20,993 nucleotides of DNA from Selaginella moellendorffii (taxonomy: Eukaryota > Plantae > Lycopodiophyta), in the NCBI RefSeq assembly GCF_000143415.4, contig NW_003314302.1:1654521-1675513 (forward strand), in the 5' to 3' direction. Under the pieces are notes generated by a model. That model searched no databases. It was given only the letters and a program-made list of their open reading frames with translations, and was not told where the DNA came from. Positions 8,801 to 19,760 of this stretch are shown piece by piece (the first letter of the stretch is position 1; every line of letters starts with the position of its first letter). The translations under genes were made by a program, and so were the position numbers.

Positions 8801-8951
8801 CATGGGTTAGCTAAGTCGACCAGGCGTAGGGAGCTACGCCCGACTCCCTGCGGGGATGTCGAATCCGTAGACGTATTCTACGGAGGTTGGGTTCGAGTCC
8901 CAACCCCCTAGTAAAGCAAGGCTGGGTTCAAGTCCTGACCCCATACTAGGG
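8801..8951 (+). ncRNA. Structured cis-RNA element in B 3' UTR: five abutting hairpins with two T-loop/B-box motifs
   Basis: Stems 8823-8829/8834-8840, 8841-8848/8853-8861, 8864-8871/8877-8884, 8885-8891/8899-8905 (loop TTCGAGT) and 8906-8913/8944-8951 (enclosing GGTTCAAGTCC). A-box-like TAGCTAAGTCG at 8808-8818. Confidence 0.65.
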
Positions 8952-9118
8952 CGTGGTGAGGTGAGGAGTATAGGGACACCTATATTCCGTTGTCATGGGC
9001 TCTTGGCCGGGGAGGCTAACTTAGGCACACCGCTAAATGGGGGGATGCCCCCGGAGACATGGTCAACTAGTCGTAGGATAAAACGAGACATTCGATGTGG
9101 GCATTGAACTTTTTCTAT

Positions 9119-9130
9119 GGGTGGTGGAGT
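9119..9130 (+). promoter_or_regulatory. Polypurine tract of element B
   Basis: GGGTGGTGGAGT directly before the 3' LTR, preceded by a T-run. Confidence 0.7.
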
Positions 9131-10308
9131 TGTAAGGAACCAACTCGCCGAGGTGTCGTAGGCTAAAGGAACCCCGAAAGCATGACCAAAATGACAAAGA
9201 GTTCATCGGATGGGACCAAGTCGAAGATCAAATCCAAGACCGACTCTAGGACCGAGTTCGAGATAGAGTCCGGAATCGAGTTTGAGACCGATTCGGGGAC
9301 CGAGTTCGAGTCTGAGTTCGAGACCGAGTTCGAGACGGAGTCCGAGATCCGAAATCAGGTCCGAGACCGAGTCCGAGGTCGAGTCCGAGGTCGGGTTCGA
9401 GATCGGGTCCGAGATCGAGTCCGAGATCGAGTCCGAGACCGAATCCGAAGTCGGATCCAAAATCGGGTCCGAGATCAAGCTAGAGACTAAGTTCAAATAC
9501 TAATACGGGTCAAGGGGTGAAAGCCCAAAGCGTGCGTCTCCCAGGGGGGGGGGGGGGGCTGCAGGGGGTTCCAAAAGTATAGTAGGGATAGTGAGGTCCA
9601 AGAACCAGTTTTGAAGGGACTCTCCAGTGGGGCTTCCAAACCGACTTGAGGTTGAGACTGGGACCGAGGGGCCTTGGGTGGGAGTGAGCATGGACTTGGT
9701 TAGTGCCGGAGGGGCCATCCAAGGAAGTGCTCAAGAGCAGCTCCCACTCCCGAAAGGGAAACCGATTGCGGTGCTCTCAGCTCATGTGGAGTGATGCCCC
9801 ATTTGAGTACCATGCGGCTCATTGGTCCTTGCCCTTCTTAGGGGCTTGGGCCTTTCTTTTGGGATAGAAGTGTGGGGGGGGGGGGGGGGTATAGAGGTAC
9901 CCATACTGGGCCATTAGACCATGGTGTTTTGCGTCGGCATCCCGAAGCAAGTGTTGTACCCAAACCTTGGGATTTAGAGGGTCCCATAATCAAATCTAGC
10001 TTTTTACCAAGGGATGTTAAGAACTTAGAGGCTTGGTGTGCTTGGCTGCATGTGCCTGTGGGGAGTGTAGTCGAACCTTAAGTCCAATCTAACCTGGGGA
10101 GGGGGATTGAGAGAGATTTAGGAATCCGTGGATAGGTGGTTAATGTTCAGTTGTTTGTGCAGTGAGTAGCTGAAACCAAGTAGGACCAAGTAGAAGCTGG
10201 TACAATAGGCGGGAAGTTTGGCAAAGGAACTTAGCTAAAGCCAAGGCAATGTTGGTCGGATAGATGAGATAAGCTGGTAAATTGGAAAGGAAAAATTTGT
10301 GGCTTACA
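9131..10308 (+). repeat. 3' LTR of element B (1178 bp; probably chimeric)
   Basis: TGTAAG...CTTACA, colinear with 2735-3895, with the same tandem array at ~9214-9497. Confidence 0.95.
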
Positions 10309-11300
10309 GTTTAGAGTTCAACTCTAAATTAAAGTGCACTACATAGTCCCTTGGAATAAAATTCTCTCCTCACTGCTTAGCATATGCTAGTGTTGTGCAA
10401 AGTTGATGAATTTGAATGTGCAGCATAGCTAGATCCTAGTATTCATCCAAATGACCGAGTCGATCTACTCAATGCCGAGTGGAGGTTGAAGCATCATTGG
10501 ACAAAGGATCCACTCCTTCTACAAATACTAGGTATACTGGTAATTGCAGCTGAATGGGGAGCATTGTTTCAAGCTTGTAAACCAGCCTGAATGGTGTGAA
10601 ACTAGTGGGAAGCTTCTCTATTATCTTGTAAGCTGGTAGATAAGTAGGCCATGATCTAGGATTATCTTGCACCAACTTTTGAAGGATGCACTTGAAAGAC
10701 TTATTCATGACCTCTACTTGTCTATTTCCCTATGGCCAATAAGAGTTAGACTTCAAGTGTGAAACCCCCAGTTTCTGCATCAGACCAGCCACCACTACTC
10801 CTAAAAAATGAGAACCACGATCTGATACAAGAATTTGGGGGACCCCAAACCAACAACACAAATGTATATAAATGAAATGAATAGTTGTTTATTGATCTAG
10901 AGTGGAACTAGATATGGCTTCTACCCACTTTGTGACACTATTGGTGGTTCCTATAATATATGTATGCCAATTGGTAGCCAACGAGAATGGGCCAAAGTAA
11001 TCCAAACTCCACCTTGTGAATGGTGCTTCTGGTGCAATTGGGTGTATCATAATTTTATCCTTGAGATGGACTGGATCAAATTATTGGCAAGGTATACATG
11101 TTGCACAAACTTAACACTCTCTGCATATAAGGTTAGCCAGTAATATCCCGCTCACAGTACTTTCTTGCTTGTTGCCATCACTACAAAATGGCCTCCACAA
11201 ACATGTGTATTTGCTAGTATCTCAGTGGCCTCTTCTCCATCCACACACCAGAGTAGAGTACCATATTCATGTCTCTGAAAGAGTGTGTCATCCACCAGAA
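10309..11300 (-). pseudogene. Integrase remnant of element C
   Basis: ILANTHVCGGHF zinc finger, FTRWSLDYFGPF, QILVSDRGSHF, VEVMNKSFKCILQK, TPFRLVY, FIPRDYVVHFN. Confidence 0.88.
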
Positions 11301-11499
11301 CAAACTTAGCTGCTCTTTGGATGAGTTGCCAATGTTTGCGCAGTGTGACATGAGAACAAGAGTCTCCTTGGAGAAGAGCAATAATGTCTGAATACCAAGG
11401 ACAGTCCACTGCCATATAAGACGATACTTCAGTGTGTATCACTGCTAATGAGGAAGTCACATCCATAAAAAGTGATGCCAAGGATATTGGATCTAATAT

Positions 11500-12800
11500 A
11501 TGTTCCTGCTCAGTTTGAATAAGGAAGTTAAATACCTGGAGTTGAAGAACCCAATAAGCATGTTGCCTCTGTAAGACTTGTAGAGGATTGATTGGTGTAT
11601 GAGCAATTGTTGGAGGACATTCAGCCATCAAGTCTCCTAAATAATGCCAAAGTGTCTGAAAGGCAAATACAATCACTGCATAGTACTGATCCATTCAAGA
11701 TTTTGAAAGTTCTATTTGCTCCAAATTATGCCCAATGAAATAAATCGCAAAAAATGCTGGTGGCAGAGGGAGATATTGGCAGAGTGCCACATTAATGGTA
11801 TCATTTTGAACTGCCACAAATAGGTGAAACTGATGATGGAAGTTTGGTGGTTGCAACACTGGGCTGGAAAGGAGAGCTTACAAGAGCCATTCATATGTTT
11901 GTTGACATTGCATAGTCCAAGAAAAATCTATTGGAGTCTAAAGTATATTATAAAGTGGTTTTGCAAGAGCTGCATAACTGTAAATAAACCGCTAAAAAAA
12001 CCCAATGCCACCAAGAAAATGCCACAACTGATGAATAGTAGAAGGTATGGTAGTGTGATACAGCTACTCAACTTTTGGCCTATATACTTCAATACCTCTA
12101 CTGCTCACAAGGTGGCCTAGCAACTTCCCTTCTTAGACAAAGAACTAGGACTTACAAGGGTTCAAATAGATGTTGAAAAGTCTATAGCGTTAGAAAATTT
12201 GCTTGAGTTGAGCAATTATTCATCACAACTACTTCCCAACACAAAATTGTCCATGTAGATTTGAAGGGAGTGCAAAGTCAAATCATGGGACAGGAATATC
12301 ATAAGCCATTGGAATGTGGTTGGAGCGTTACGAGTCAAAAAGGGAGGACGCGATAAGCAAAAATTCCCCAAAGAGTGCGGAAACATGTCTTTAATTGATC
12401 CTCTGCAGCGATTTGAATCTGATTGTAACTTGAAAACCCATCCATAAAGCTATATATATGTTTTTTAGCAACTGCATCTAGGATAGCATCAATAAACAGA
12501 GTAAAAAAGTAATTGTGAATAGTAGCATTGTTCAGTGCCCTGAAATCAACACAAACATGTAAGTTTTCATTGGCTTTACATTGGGACTATAGAAGAAATC
12601 CAATTAGCAACCTCCATATGATATATAAAATTTGATTATAGAAGAAGTTGAATTTCCTGCTTGATGAGAGGTTCCAAGCCCAGATTCAACCAACAACCAG
12701 GTTGCTGTATTGGTATAGTTCCTTGCTTATGAAGAATACGATGCATAATGACTATTGGATCAACTCCCTTCAAGTCCTTATAACTCCAAGCAAAAATGTC
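11500..12800 (-). pseudogene. Reverse transcriptase and RNase H remnants of element C
   Basis: DLKGVDPIVIMHRI, CVDFRALNNATI, FMDGFSSYNQIQIAAEDQLKT, IYMDNFV (decayed YMDD), FAFQTLWHYL. Confidence 0.88.
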
Positions 12801-13009
12801 TGACCACTCTCGATATACTCTTGTAGCATTTGCTGTTCATTGTTTGTAAGAGTGTTGCCAATAAAGATTGGCCAAGACGCTGAGGTATTAGATCCAATTG
12901 AAGTAACTCTGGATGAGCTGCTATGCCATCTACTTGTACTTGAAGAATATCCACAAGAGAGATATTATCTAAGGGAGTAAGTCTTTCTTCTTCCAAAACC
13001 GAGTTTTGA

Positions 13010-13410
13010 ACCAGCATCCAAAGGCCCTGTTTTGCTAGTGCATCTGCCACTGCATTAGACTCCCTAAGTACAGTGACAATATCCCATCGATCCAGCTTAG
13101 TGAGGAGTGACATCAGCTCCCCATGCAAATAGTGTAAGCGGTGACTAAGGACTTTATATGTGCCCAGTACTTGTCAACAGCTATGAATCTGATCTAAGGC
13201 TCACACAATGAACTGGATATTGTAAGGCTCTCTGAACTGCCAGCAACATTGCCTAATACTCCACTTTGTTGGAGGAAGATGCAGAAACCACCATTGATAT
13301 GGAGATGAGTGTGTCTCTAGTGGGAGATACAAGGACAACACCAATACCACTACAGTCCAATAATCAAGAAAATGCCCTATTAGAAAATAATCTGTATACA
13401 GCTCATTTGT
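13010..13410 (-). pseudogene. Additional (archaeal/plant-type) RNase H domain between protease and RT in element C
   Basis: LYTD, SGIGVVLVSP, VEY*AMLLAVQRAL, LRSDS*L and VLRESNAVADALAKQG, read across frameshifts. Confidence 0.85.
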
Positions 13411-13699
13411 ATCTGCAAAAATAGAAACAGCTATATTAGTGTAACTTGTAACCATACCTGAGCTCGAAGTGTCATCACAGGTAATATTGCTACTAAAAAC
13501 ATTTGCTACACTTAAAACTAGTAGGTTGGCTCTATATCTCACCTTCTCACCCATCATCCATCCTTGAAGTATTGTATCTTCTGACTCATGCATCTCATCA
13601 TGACACCATTATTGAGTTGAAAGTATCCTTGTCAATTGGAACTGTTTCTGATGCCTATGATTGACCCTTCCTGTTATATAAGGTGGTAGTTACATTTCC

Positions 13700-14070
13700 C
13701 ATTGAAATCTGCATCAAACCTTGATCCCACAATGTATGAGCCGAAACTCTATTTAGCCACTTTTGTCCCAAGAGCAGTGAATATGATTGAACCAAATCTG
13801 CCCAACCATCTTGGGGAGAATCCACTACTAAAATCTCGAGTTGAACCTACACTTTGTCCATATCAATTGTTGCAGCTTTAATCAATCTAGCAAATTTGAC
13901 CTGATGCTGAGCAAATGTCTTAAGGATAATTGAAGTTTGAGTGTTGGAATTGATTTATAGCTGCTGATAGATGTGTGTTGGCATAATATTTATTCCTGAG
14001 CTAGAGTCCATGATTGCTTTAGGCAAACGTTTGCCATTGACCAGTGGATTGCAGTAGAAAGCCCCTGGAT
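13700..14070 (-). pseudogene. Aspartic protease remnant of element C
   Basis: VNGKRLPKAIMDSSSGINIMP (decayed DSG motif) and YSLLLGQKWL. Confidence 0.82.
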
Positions 14071-14634
14071 CAACTAGACATGAGTGTGGATTCCTCCTTG
14101 ATGCAGATTACATGTCAGATTCTTGGTCATCTGTGGGGATACTCAAGACAAAGAAAGCTAGTCCAAAAGGCATGGAGCAACGTGAAGAAGTTGTGCCATG
14201 GTGATTGTTGGCCTTAGTAGCTGTAAATCCTTAAGCAAGGAGTATAGTGGCACTAGCAAGCAGGCAGGATCAGTAGCAACAGAAGTTGGTAGTGGTTGTA
14301 AGGAGTGTAGTGTTTTTGCCAATTTCTTCTCTGCCTAAGAGGAACTGATGTTTTGGTCCAGAGTAGCTGGTCCTAAAACCTGAGCTGTGACCCAATGAGT
14401 TGGTGAGCATTCTTGAAAAGGTTCCCCAACAGCTGCCTGTTGAGATCTTTTAGCCGTAAGAACATCTATGGATGCTTCCTTTGGTTCTCTAAGTAAATCC
14501 ATTGAAGAGATTTGCTCATTTTCCAACATATGACCCTCAACAAATTTCACTAGAGGCAGAGGATCATCTTGCTGTTTGCATTGTACCATTGGAGGCCCTC
14601 CTAAACAGGATGCCATGGTATGATTTGGCTGCTG

Positions 14635-14733
14635 CAATGGATCTTTCTCTCCTTGTTGATATTTACCCAAGCCCATGCCTGATATCCATCTTTGTTTTTG
14701 CAACAACTGATATCCCTTGTTATCTTCAGATAT
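14635..14733 (-). pseudogene. G-patch domain upstream of the protease in element C
   Basis: ISEDNKGYQLLQKQRWISGMGLGKYQQGEKDPL fits the G-patch pattern N.G..LL.K.GW..G.GLG...QG...P. Confidence 0.85.
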
Positions 14734-15831
14734 TCCTACTCTCTATGTTGGATCAAGCTCTACCAAATAGACAGAGTTCTCCACTTGTACATGGTTGACC
14801 CCAGAAGATGGCAAACTTGTGGCAGCTATAGCTGTTTGTGGCAGCATTTTTGTGTGATCCAGTAGTGGCTTTGGGGCATACACTTGAGTTGGCGGAGGAG
14901 GAGGAAGCACCAAGGGCATTGGAGGTGTAGGAAGTTGATGTTGTTGCTGCAATTGGACTACTCGCTACTTAATGAAGCATCGATCCTCAGTATAACTTGG
15001 CTTACCATAGTAGAAACATGCAACCAAAGACTAATAAAAAGCTGGTGCAACTGGTGCTTGCCAAGCCAGATGGATGTGGATGTGGATGCCGAGGAAGACT
15101 AAGTTTAGCTTTTCTTTTAGTCAAATTTTTTAGTGGTAATATAGAGTTTCTTCTTTGACTTATGATATTTATTTTCTTATTAGACTTATATTATTTAGCT
15201 TTTCCTTGGACTGAAAATATGTCTTAAGTTTTGAATAAAATTTTTGGTTCGTCCAGAACCAATCATTTAAACATCAACTTTTGTATTTGGTGGACTATAT
15301 TGACTTTCATTGACTTGAGCTCAGCTCAAAAACTATCCAGCCCCTGTTGGAATCTGCAAAGGTGTAGCAGTGACAATATTGACAAGAATAGAATCCTGTC
15401 CTACTTGTGTAGCTGCCAGCTTTATAAGGAACTCCTCTTGACTATCAGCGATTATCGTTAAGACCGTGGTCATCATTTTTGTAATATCGTACATGCAGGA
15501 TTCCAAGGAGACTGACATGTCTCATTGGACATTAAAAGCGAATGCAAAGGAAGTGGATCCCATCTTGATGAGATACTTGCATTCTTATGTCTCTACTTCC
15601 ATTATTGTTGTTTCAACTATTGTTGGTTCCTTGTGGTGCACTTTCCTAGCCAAGTTAGGATGTAGAGCATCAGTATATGCCCGGACCACCCTCAAGCTTT
15701 TGGCATCAACTCCTTTGTCATTACACTTTTAGATATATGCTTGGAAGTGTTGATTGAATTGCTACAAGGATTCATGTGGTTTCTGATGAAGGAGGTTTAA
15801 TTCTGCCATGACACTATCTTTGCTTTCTAGG

Positions 15832-16074
15832 TGTTAGGAAGCATTCTCATCGCTTCCATGGATGGTTTTGGCTTGGACAGTTTAGGTTTGGTGAGCACGG
15901 TATGGCAAGGATTCCTCATAAAAGGAGGGAGAACATGGTATGGAAGATAGGTTATATTTTTGGGTTCTATTTTCTCCTCTCTCCTCTTCCGATTTGTCTC
16001 TTTTCCTCCTTTGTATTTCTCTTCCATAGAATATATTGGTGATTCCTGCTAAGAGATCTAGGCGGATCTCAACA
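15832..16074 (+). repeat. 5' LTR of element D
   Basis: TGTT...AACA, with about 16 mismatches in 243 bp versus the 3' LTR (manual count, nearly all transitions). Confidence 0.96.
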
Positions 16075-16075
16075 G

Positions 16076-16087
16076 TGGTATCGGAGC
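16076..16087 (+). promoter_or_regulatory. Primer binding site (initiator tRNA-Met type) of element D
   Basis: TGGTATCGGAGC 1 nt after the LTR. Confidence 0.9.
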
Positions 16088-16199
16088 AACACTACCGATC
16101 GCATTGGGTGTACTAGGCAAGGGTACACCTCATCCTTCACGGTATAGTACACCCAATGCCTAACACGGTATAGTACACTCCATTGTAGTTAACTCTCCA

Positions 16200-18900
16200 A
16201 TAATTCGTCTGAGTAGGGAGGAATGAGCCACCGTTGATTCCATGGTGGAGGAATTACAACAAGAAGGGTTGATGGAGGAAAGCAATAGTGCATTTGCATC
16301 TCCTGTGCTTCTTGTCCTTGGTTCATGGAGATTGGTGGTGGATTACAGGGCCCTTAATAGGATAACCGTCAAGAACAGGTTCCTCATTCCCAGGGTAGAT
16401 GAGCTTGGCAAAGCCAAGTTCTTTTCCAAGATTGACCTTCATTCTGGTTAATATCAGATTGCCATGCAGGATGAGGACAAGGCCAAAACAGCATTCAGGA
16501 CTCACCAAGGATTGTTTCAATTCAGAATAATGCCTTTTGGCCTTACTAATGCACCTGCTATGTTTCAAAGTCTCATGAACAAGCTCTTGGCTAAGTATCT
16601 CTTCCAGTTCATTATAGTTTTTTTTTTTATGAAATACTAATCTATAGTTGGGACTGGACAGAACATTTGCATCACTTGGAAGTGATTTTATCCATTTTGG
16701 AGAACAATGCTTTGGTTGCAAAGTTATCCAAGTGTTCTTTTGGACTGAAGACCATTCAGTACTTTGGATTTTGTGTAGGACATGGCAAGGTATGGGCTGA
16801 TCTATCAAAATTGCAAGTTGTTATAGATTGGCCACTTCCAAAATCTTTGAAGCAGCTACGAGCTTTTTATGGTTTTGAAAACTATTTATGTCACTTTGTA
16901 GAACACTTTGCCTCTATTGCGGCTCTGCTCAGCAATATTTTGCGCTCTTCTACTTTTCAATGGTCAGATGCAACCCAAGAATCATTTGAGTTGTTGAAGC
17001 AATGACTTCTAGGTGCACTGTTACTTTCGCTTCCTGATTTCTCGCAACCTTTCACTGTTGAGATTGATGCGTCAGATGCAGGAATTGGAGTAGTTCTCCG
17101 CCAAGGAGAGGAACTGGTGGCCTTCGATAGTTGTCACTTCTCTGTTCAGGAGTCCAGGTTACCAGTGTATGAACAGGAAATGCTAGTAGTTATTCATGCC
17201 ATCAGTCGCTGGTGCCACTATCTGTTGCCTCGACAGTTTACACTCCAGATAGACCATCACAGCCTCAAATTTATTTTGGAGCAACAACATTTGTCCAAGA
17301 AACAGCAGCGCTGGGTGGAGCAACTGCAAGCATTGGATTTCACTATTGAGTTTCGGCCAGGGAAAAGCAACATCCTTCCTGATGTGTTATCAGGACGATT
17401 TGAACGTACTGAAGCATCAACATTGTCTAGTATTTCCAGATGGGAAGCAGCATATGTTGATAAGATTCACGAAGGCTACTCGTTGGATCTGACACTTTCG
17501 GGTATTTGGCAACAGTTTCGTGACAATCCTGACTATACACATGACAAGCTGATGTATCATGAGAACTTATTATGGCGAAAGGGTCTTATAGTTCTCAGTT
17601 CAATCCACAATTTACGCAAGGTGATCTTTCACGAGTGTCATGCAAGCATTTTGCCAGGACATCCTGGTATTCGGGGAACAACAGCCACAATCAAACAGTG
17701 GTTTTATTGGAAGGGACTCCAGCGGGAAGTTTGTGAATGGATTCAAGCTTGCCCAACCTGCCAAACGCAGAAAGTTGAGACAGTTGCAACACCAGGTCTG
17801 TTGGTTCCCTTGCCAACTGCTTCTTCATCCTTTGACAGCATTTCAATGGACTTCATTGTGGGCCTCCCAGTGGTGCACGGCTTCGATGCTATTTTTGTCA
17901 TTGTGGACCATTTTTCTAAAGTGGCATTACATCCTCAACTAGCTCGGCACAGCGGACAGCTGAATCCTTTTGGTCTGAGGTAGTTTGGCATCACAGTCTT
18001 CCATTAGACGTGGTGTCAGATCGCAAGTTTTTGAATGTGTTTTGGATGGCAACTTTCCGCCACTTGGGAGTGAAGTTGAACTTCTCCACTGCATATCACC
18101 CCTAGACTAATGGTCAGACCGAGCAAACCAATTAGACACTGGAAGTCTTTCTCCGCAGCTACACTAGGAACAAGCCGCATTCATGGTTGCAGTGGCTGCC
18201 ATTTGCAGAGTTTGCTTACAACACTGCTTTTCACTCATTTATCGGTATGGCTCCATTCACAGCTCTTTATGGGAAAGAAATTCGGAAGTTTCTAGTCCTG
18301 GATGAAACTTTAGGAGAATAGGATGTCCTACGGCATATTCAAGAGATGGAAGCTTTTCAGATTCTACTCCATAAGTGATTGGACGCAGCCCATCAATCTA
18401 TGAAGGTGATAGCTGATTGTTTGAGATCATTCCGGTCATTCCAGGTGGGTGACTTTGTTTACGTCAAATTTCGTCTAGAGAGGCATACTTTGGGACATCA
18501 GGCTTCAGCTCGTTTGAAGTTGCATCCAAAGTTCTTTGGACCGTTTGAGGTGATAGCTCAAGTCAATGAGATTGCTTACAGGTTGCAGCTTCCCAGCTCA
18601 TCACGGCTACATGATGTTTTCCATGTCTCTAAGCTGAAGCTTCACGTGGGACCATCACCAACTCCCACTTGACCAGAGCCTCAGGTGGGTATCAGGTGAC
18701 CACACCCTCCTTCAGCCAGAGGTAGTGGTAGCAGTGGACTTTATTACTCTTTGCAAATGTTGTATTCCTCGCTTCCGAATTTGCTAGTTGGGAACTGATT
18801 CATCATTCGACACCTGGGTTGATCAGAAGCAGTTTCACCAGCTCTGCACTCTCTTTCAGTGGGAACCACTTCTTCCTGCGACTGCTGAGGGACCAGCAGA
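16200..18900 (+). pseudogene. pol remnant of element D (RT, RNase H, integrase, degenerate chromodomain)
   Basis: [87 protein letters not shown]...GTDSSFDTWV. Confidence 0.92.
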
Positions 18901-18909
18901 CAATTTTTC

Positions 18910-18922
18910 GAGAGGGGTGTGA
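18910..18922 (+). promoter_or_regulatory. Polypurine tract of element D
   Basis: GAGAGGGGTGTGA immediately before the 3' LTR. Confidence 0.8.
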
Positions 18923-19165
18923 TGTTAGGAAGCGTTCTCATCACTTCCATGGATGGTTTTGGCCTGGACAGTTTAGGCTTGGTGAGCACGGTACAGCAAG
19001 GATTCCTCATAAAAGGAGGGAGAACACGGTACGGAAGGTAGGTTATATTTTTGGGTTCTATTTTCTCCTCTCTCCTCTTCCGATTTCTCTCTTTTCCTCC
19101 TTTGTATTTCTCTTCCATGGAATATATCGGTGATTCCTACCAAGAGATCTAGGTAGATCTCAACA
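18923..19165 (+). repeat. 3' LTR of element D
   Basis: Direct repeat of 15832-16074, followed by TSD CTAGG. Confidence 0.96.
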
Positions 19166-19742
19166 CTAGGGTCTCAAACTGTGTCAAGAACAACTTCATG
19201 AGGGTGTCAAAGTCTGCTGCTTGCTGTTGCAACACATTCAACTACCATAATAATGCCTGTCCCGAGAGAGATAATTGAAAATAAGCTGCTTATGTCTCAT
19301 CTGGGATTGCCATTGCTTCAAGGAATGATTTGATGCTCTCCACATGTAACTGAGTATCTTCTTCAACATCTCCCTTGAATTTTGGCAGGATAGCAACTAT
19401 GTGAGCATCAAGAACATTCCATGATCTCCCAACTGGTGTAGCCATAGCACAGATCTTCTTCTTTGTCAGCGGCAACTTGCAAATTTCTTGGAATTCTTTT
19501 CTAGAGATTTAATCCTAGATCATGTTCCTGTTGCCAGCACAAGAAATCACACCCTCCCCATCAACATCCTAGGGCAGTTCATGAAGATCTTGATTGCATG
19601 CACCTAGAACCCAATCCTAAAACTCTTTGATCCATTTTAAGATCACTGATCCATAATAGAACTTTCTATTTCCTATCAGATCTGGCCGATCCATTCGGAA
19701 GACCACCCAGGCAGCAGCCTCAAGATCCAAAGGCTGCTTGCA

Positions 19743-19760
19743 TCCCTGTTAGGTGTGCCA
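19743..19760 (-). promoter_or_regulatory. Putative primer binding site of element C; its 5' LTR probably lies from ~19765 rightwards
   Basis: The minus strand reads CA-CCTT-TGGCACACCTAACAGGGA, resembling the tRNA-Lys-type PBS TGGCGCCCGAACAGGGA. TATAAAAGAGAGGAGAG lies on the minus strand near 19825-19841. The distal LTR end was not found. Confidence 0.5.

Larger units (their letters stand above)
2735..10308 (+). mobile_element. Element B: near full-length Ty3/gypsy chromovirus LTR retrotransposon with putative spliceosomal introns
   Basis: Two LTRs bounded by TGTAAG...CTTACA, a PBS, gag-PR-RT-RH-INT-chromodomain order and a PPT. No target-site duplication (CTTGT versus GTTTA). Confidence 0.97.
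15832..19165 (+). mobile_element. Element D: internally deleted chromovirus-type gypsy element (3334 bp) lacking gag and protease
   Basis: 243-bp LTRs, TSD CTAGG (15827-15831 and 19166-19170), PBS, RT-RH-INT-chromodomain remnants and a PPT. Confidence 0.95.
15100..19480 (-). pseudogene. gag remnant of element C, split by element D
   Basis: LPKFKGDVEED..HVESI. Removing D plus one TSD gives continuous MKLFLTQFETLESKDSVMAELNLLHQKPHESL*QFNQHFQ. Confidence 0.8.

Noticed and set aside
8801-8951. A real tRNA gene, a self-encoded primer for the PBS, or a twister ribozyme
   Set aside because: There is no single anticodon arm of normal geometry, no 3' complementarity to TGGTATCGGAGC, and twister internal-loop nucleotides are absent.
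15827-19133. Paired ORFs MEEKYKGGKE... (15827-16027 and 18744-19118, minus strand)
   Set aside because: They are antisense translations of D's two LTRs.
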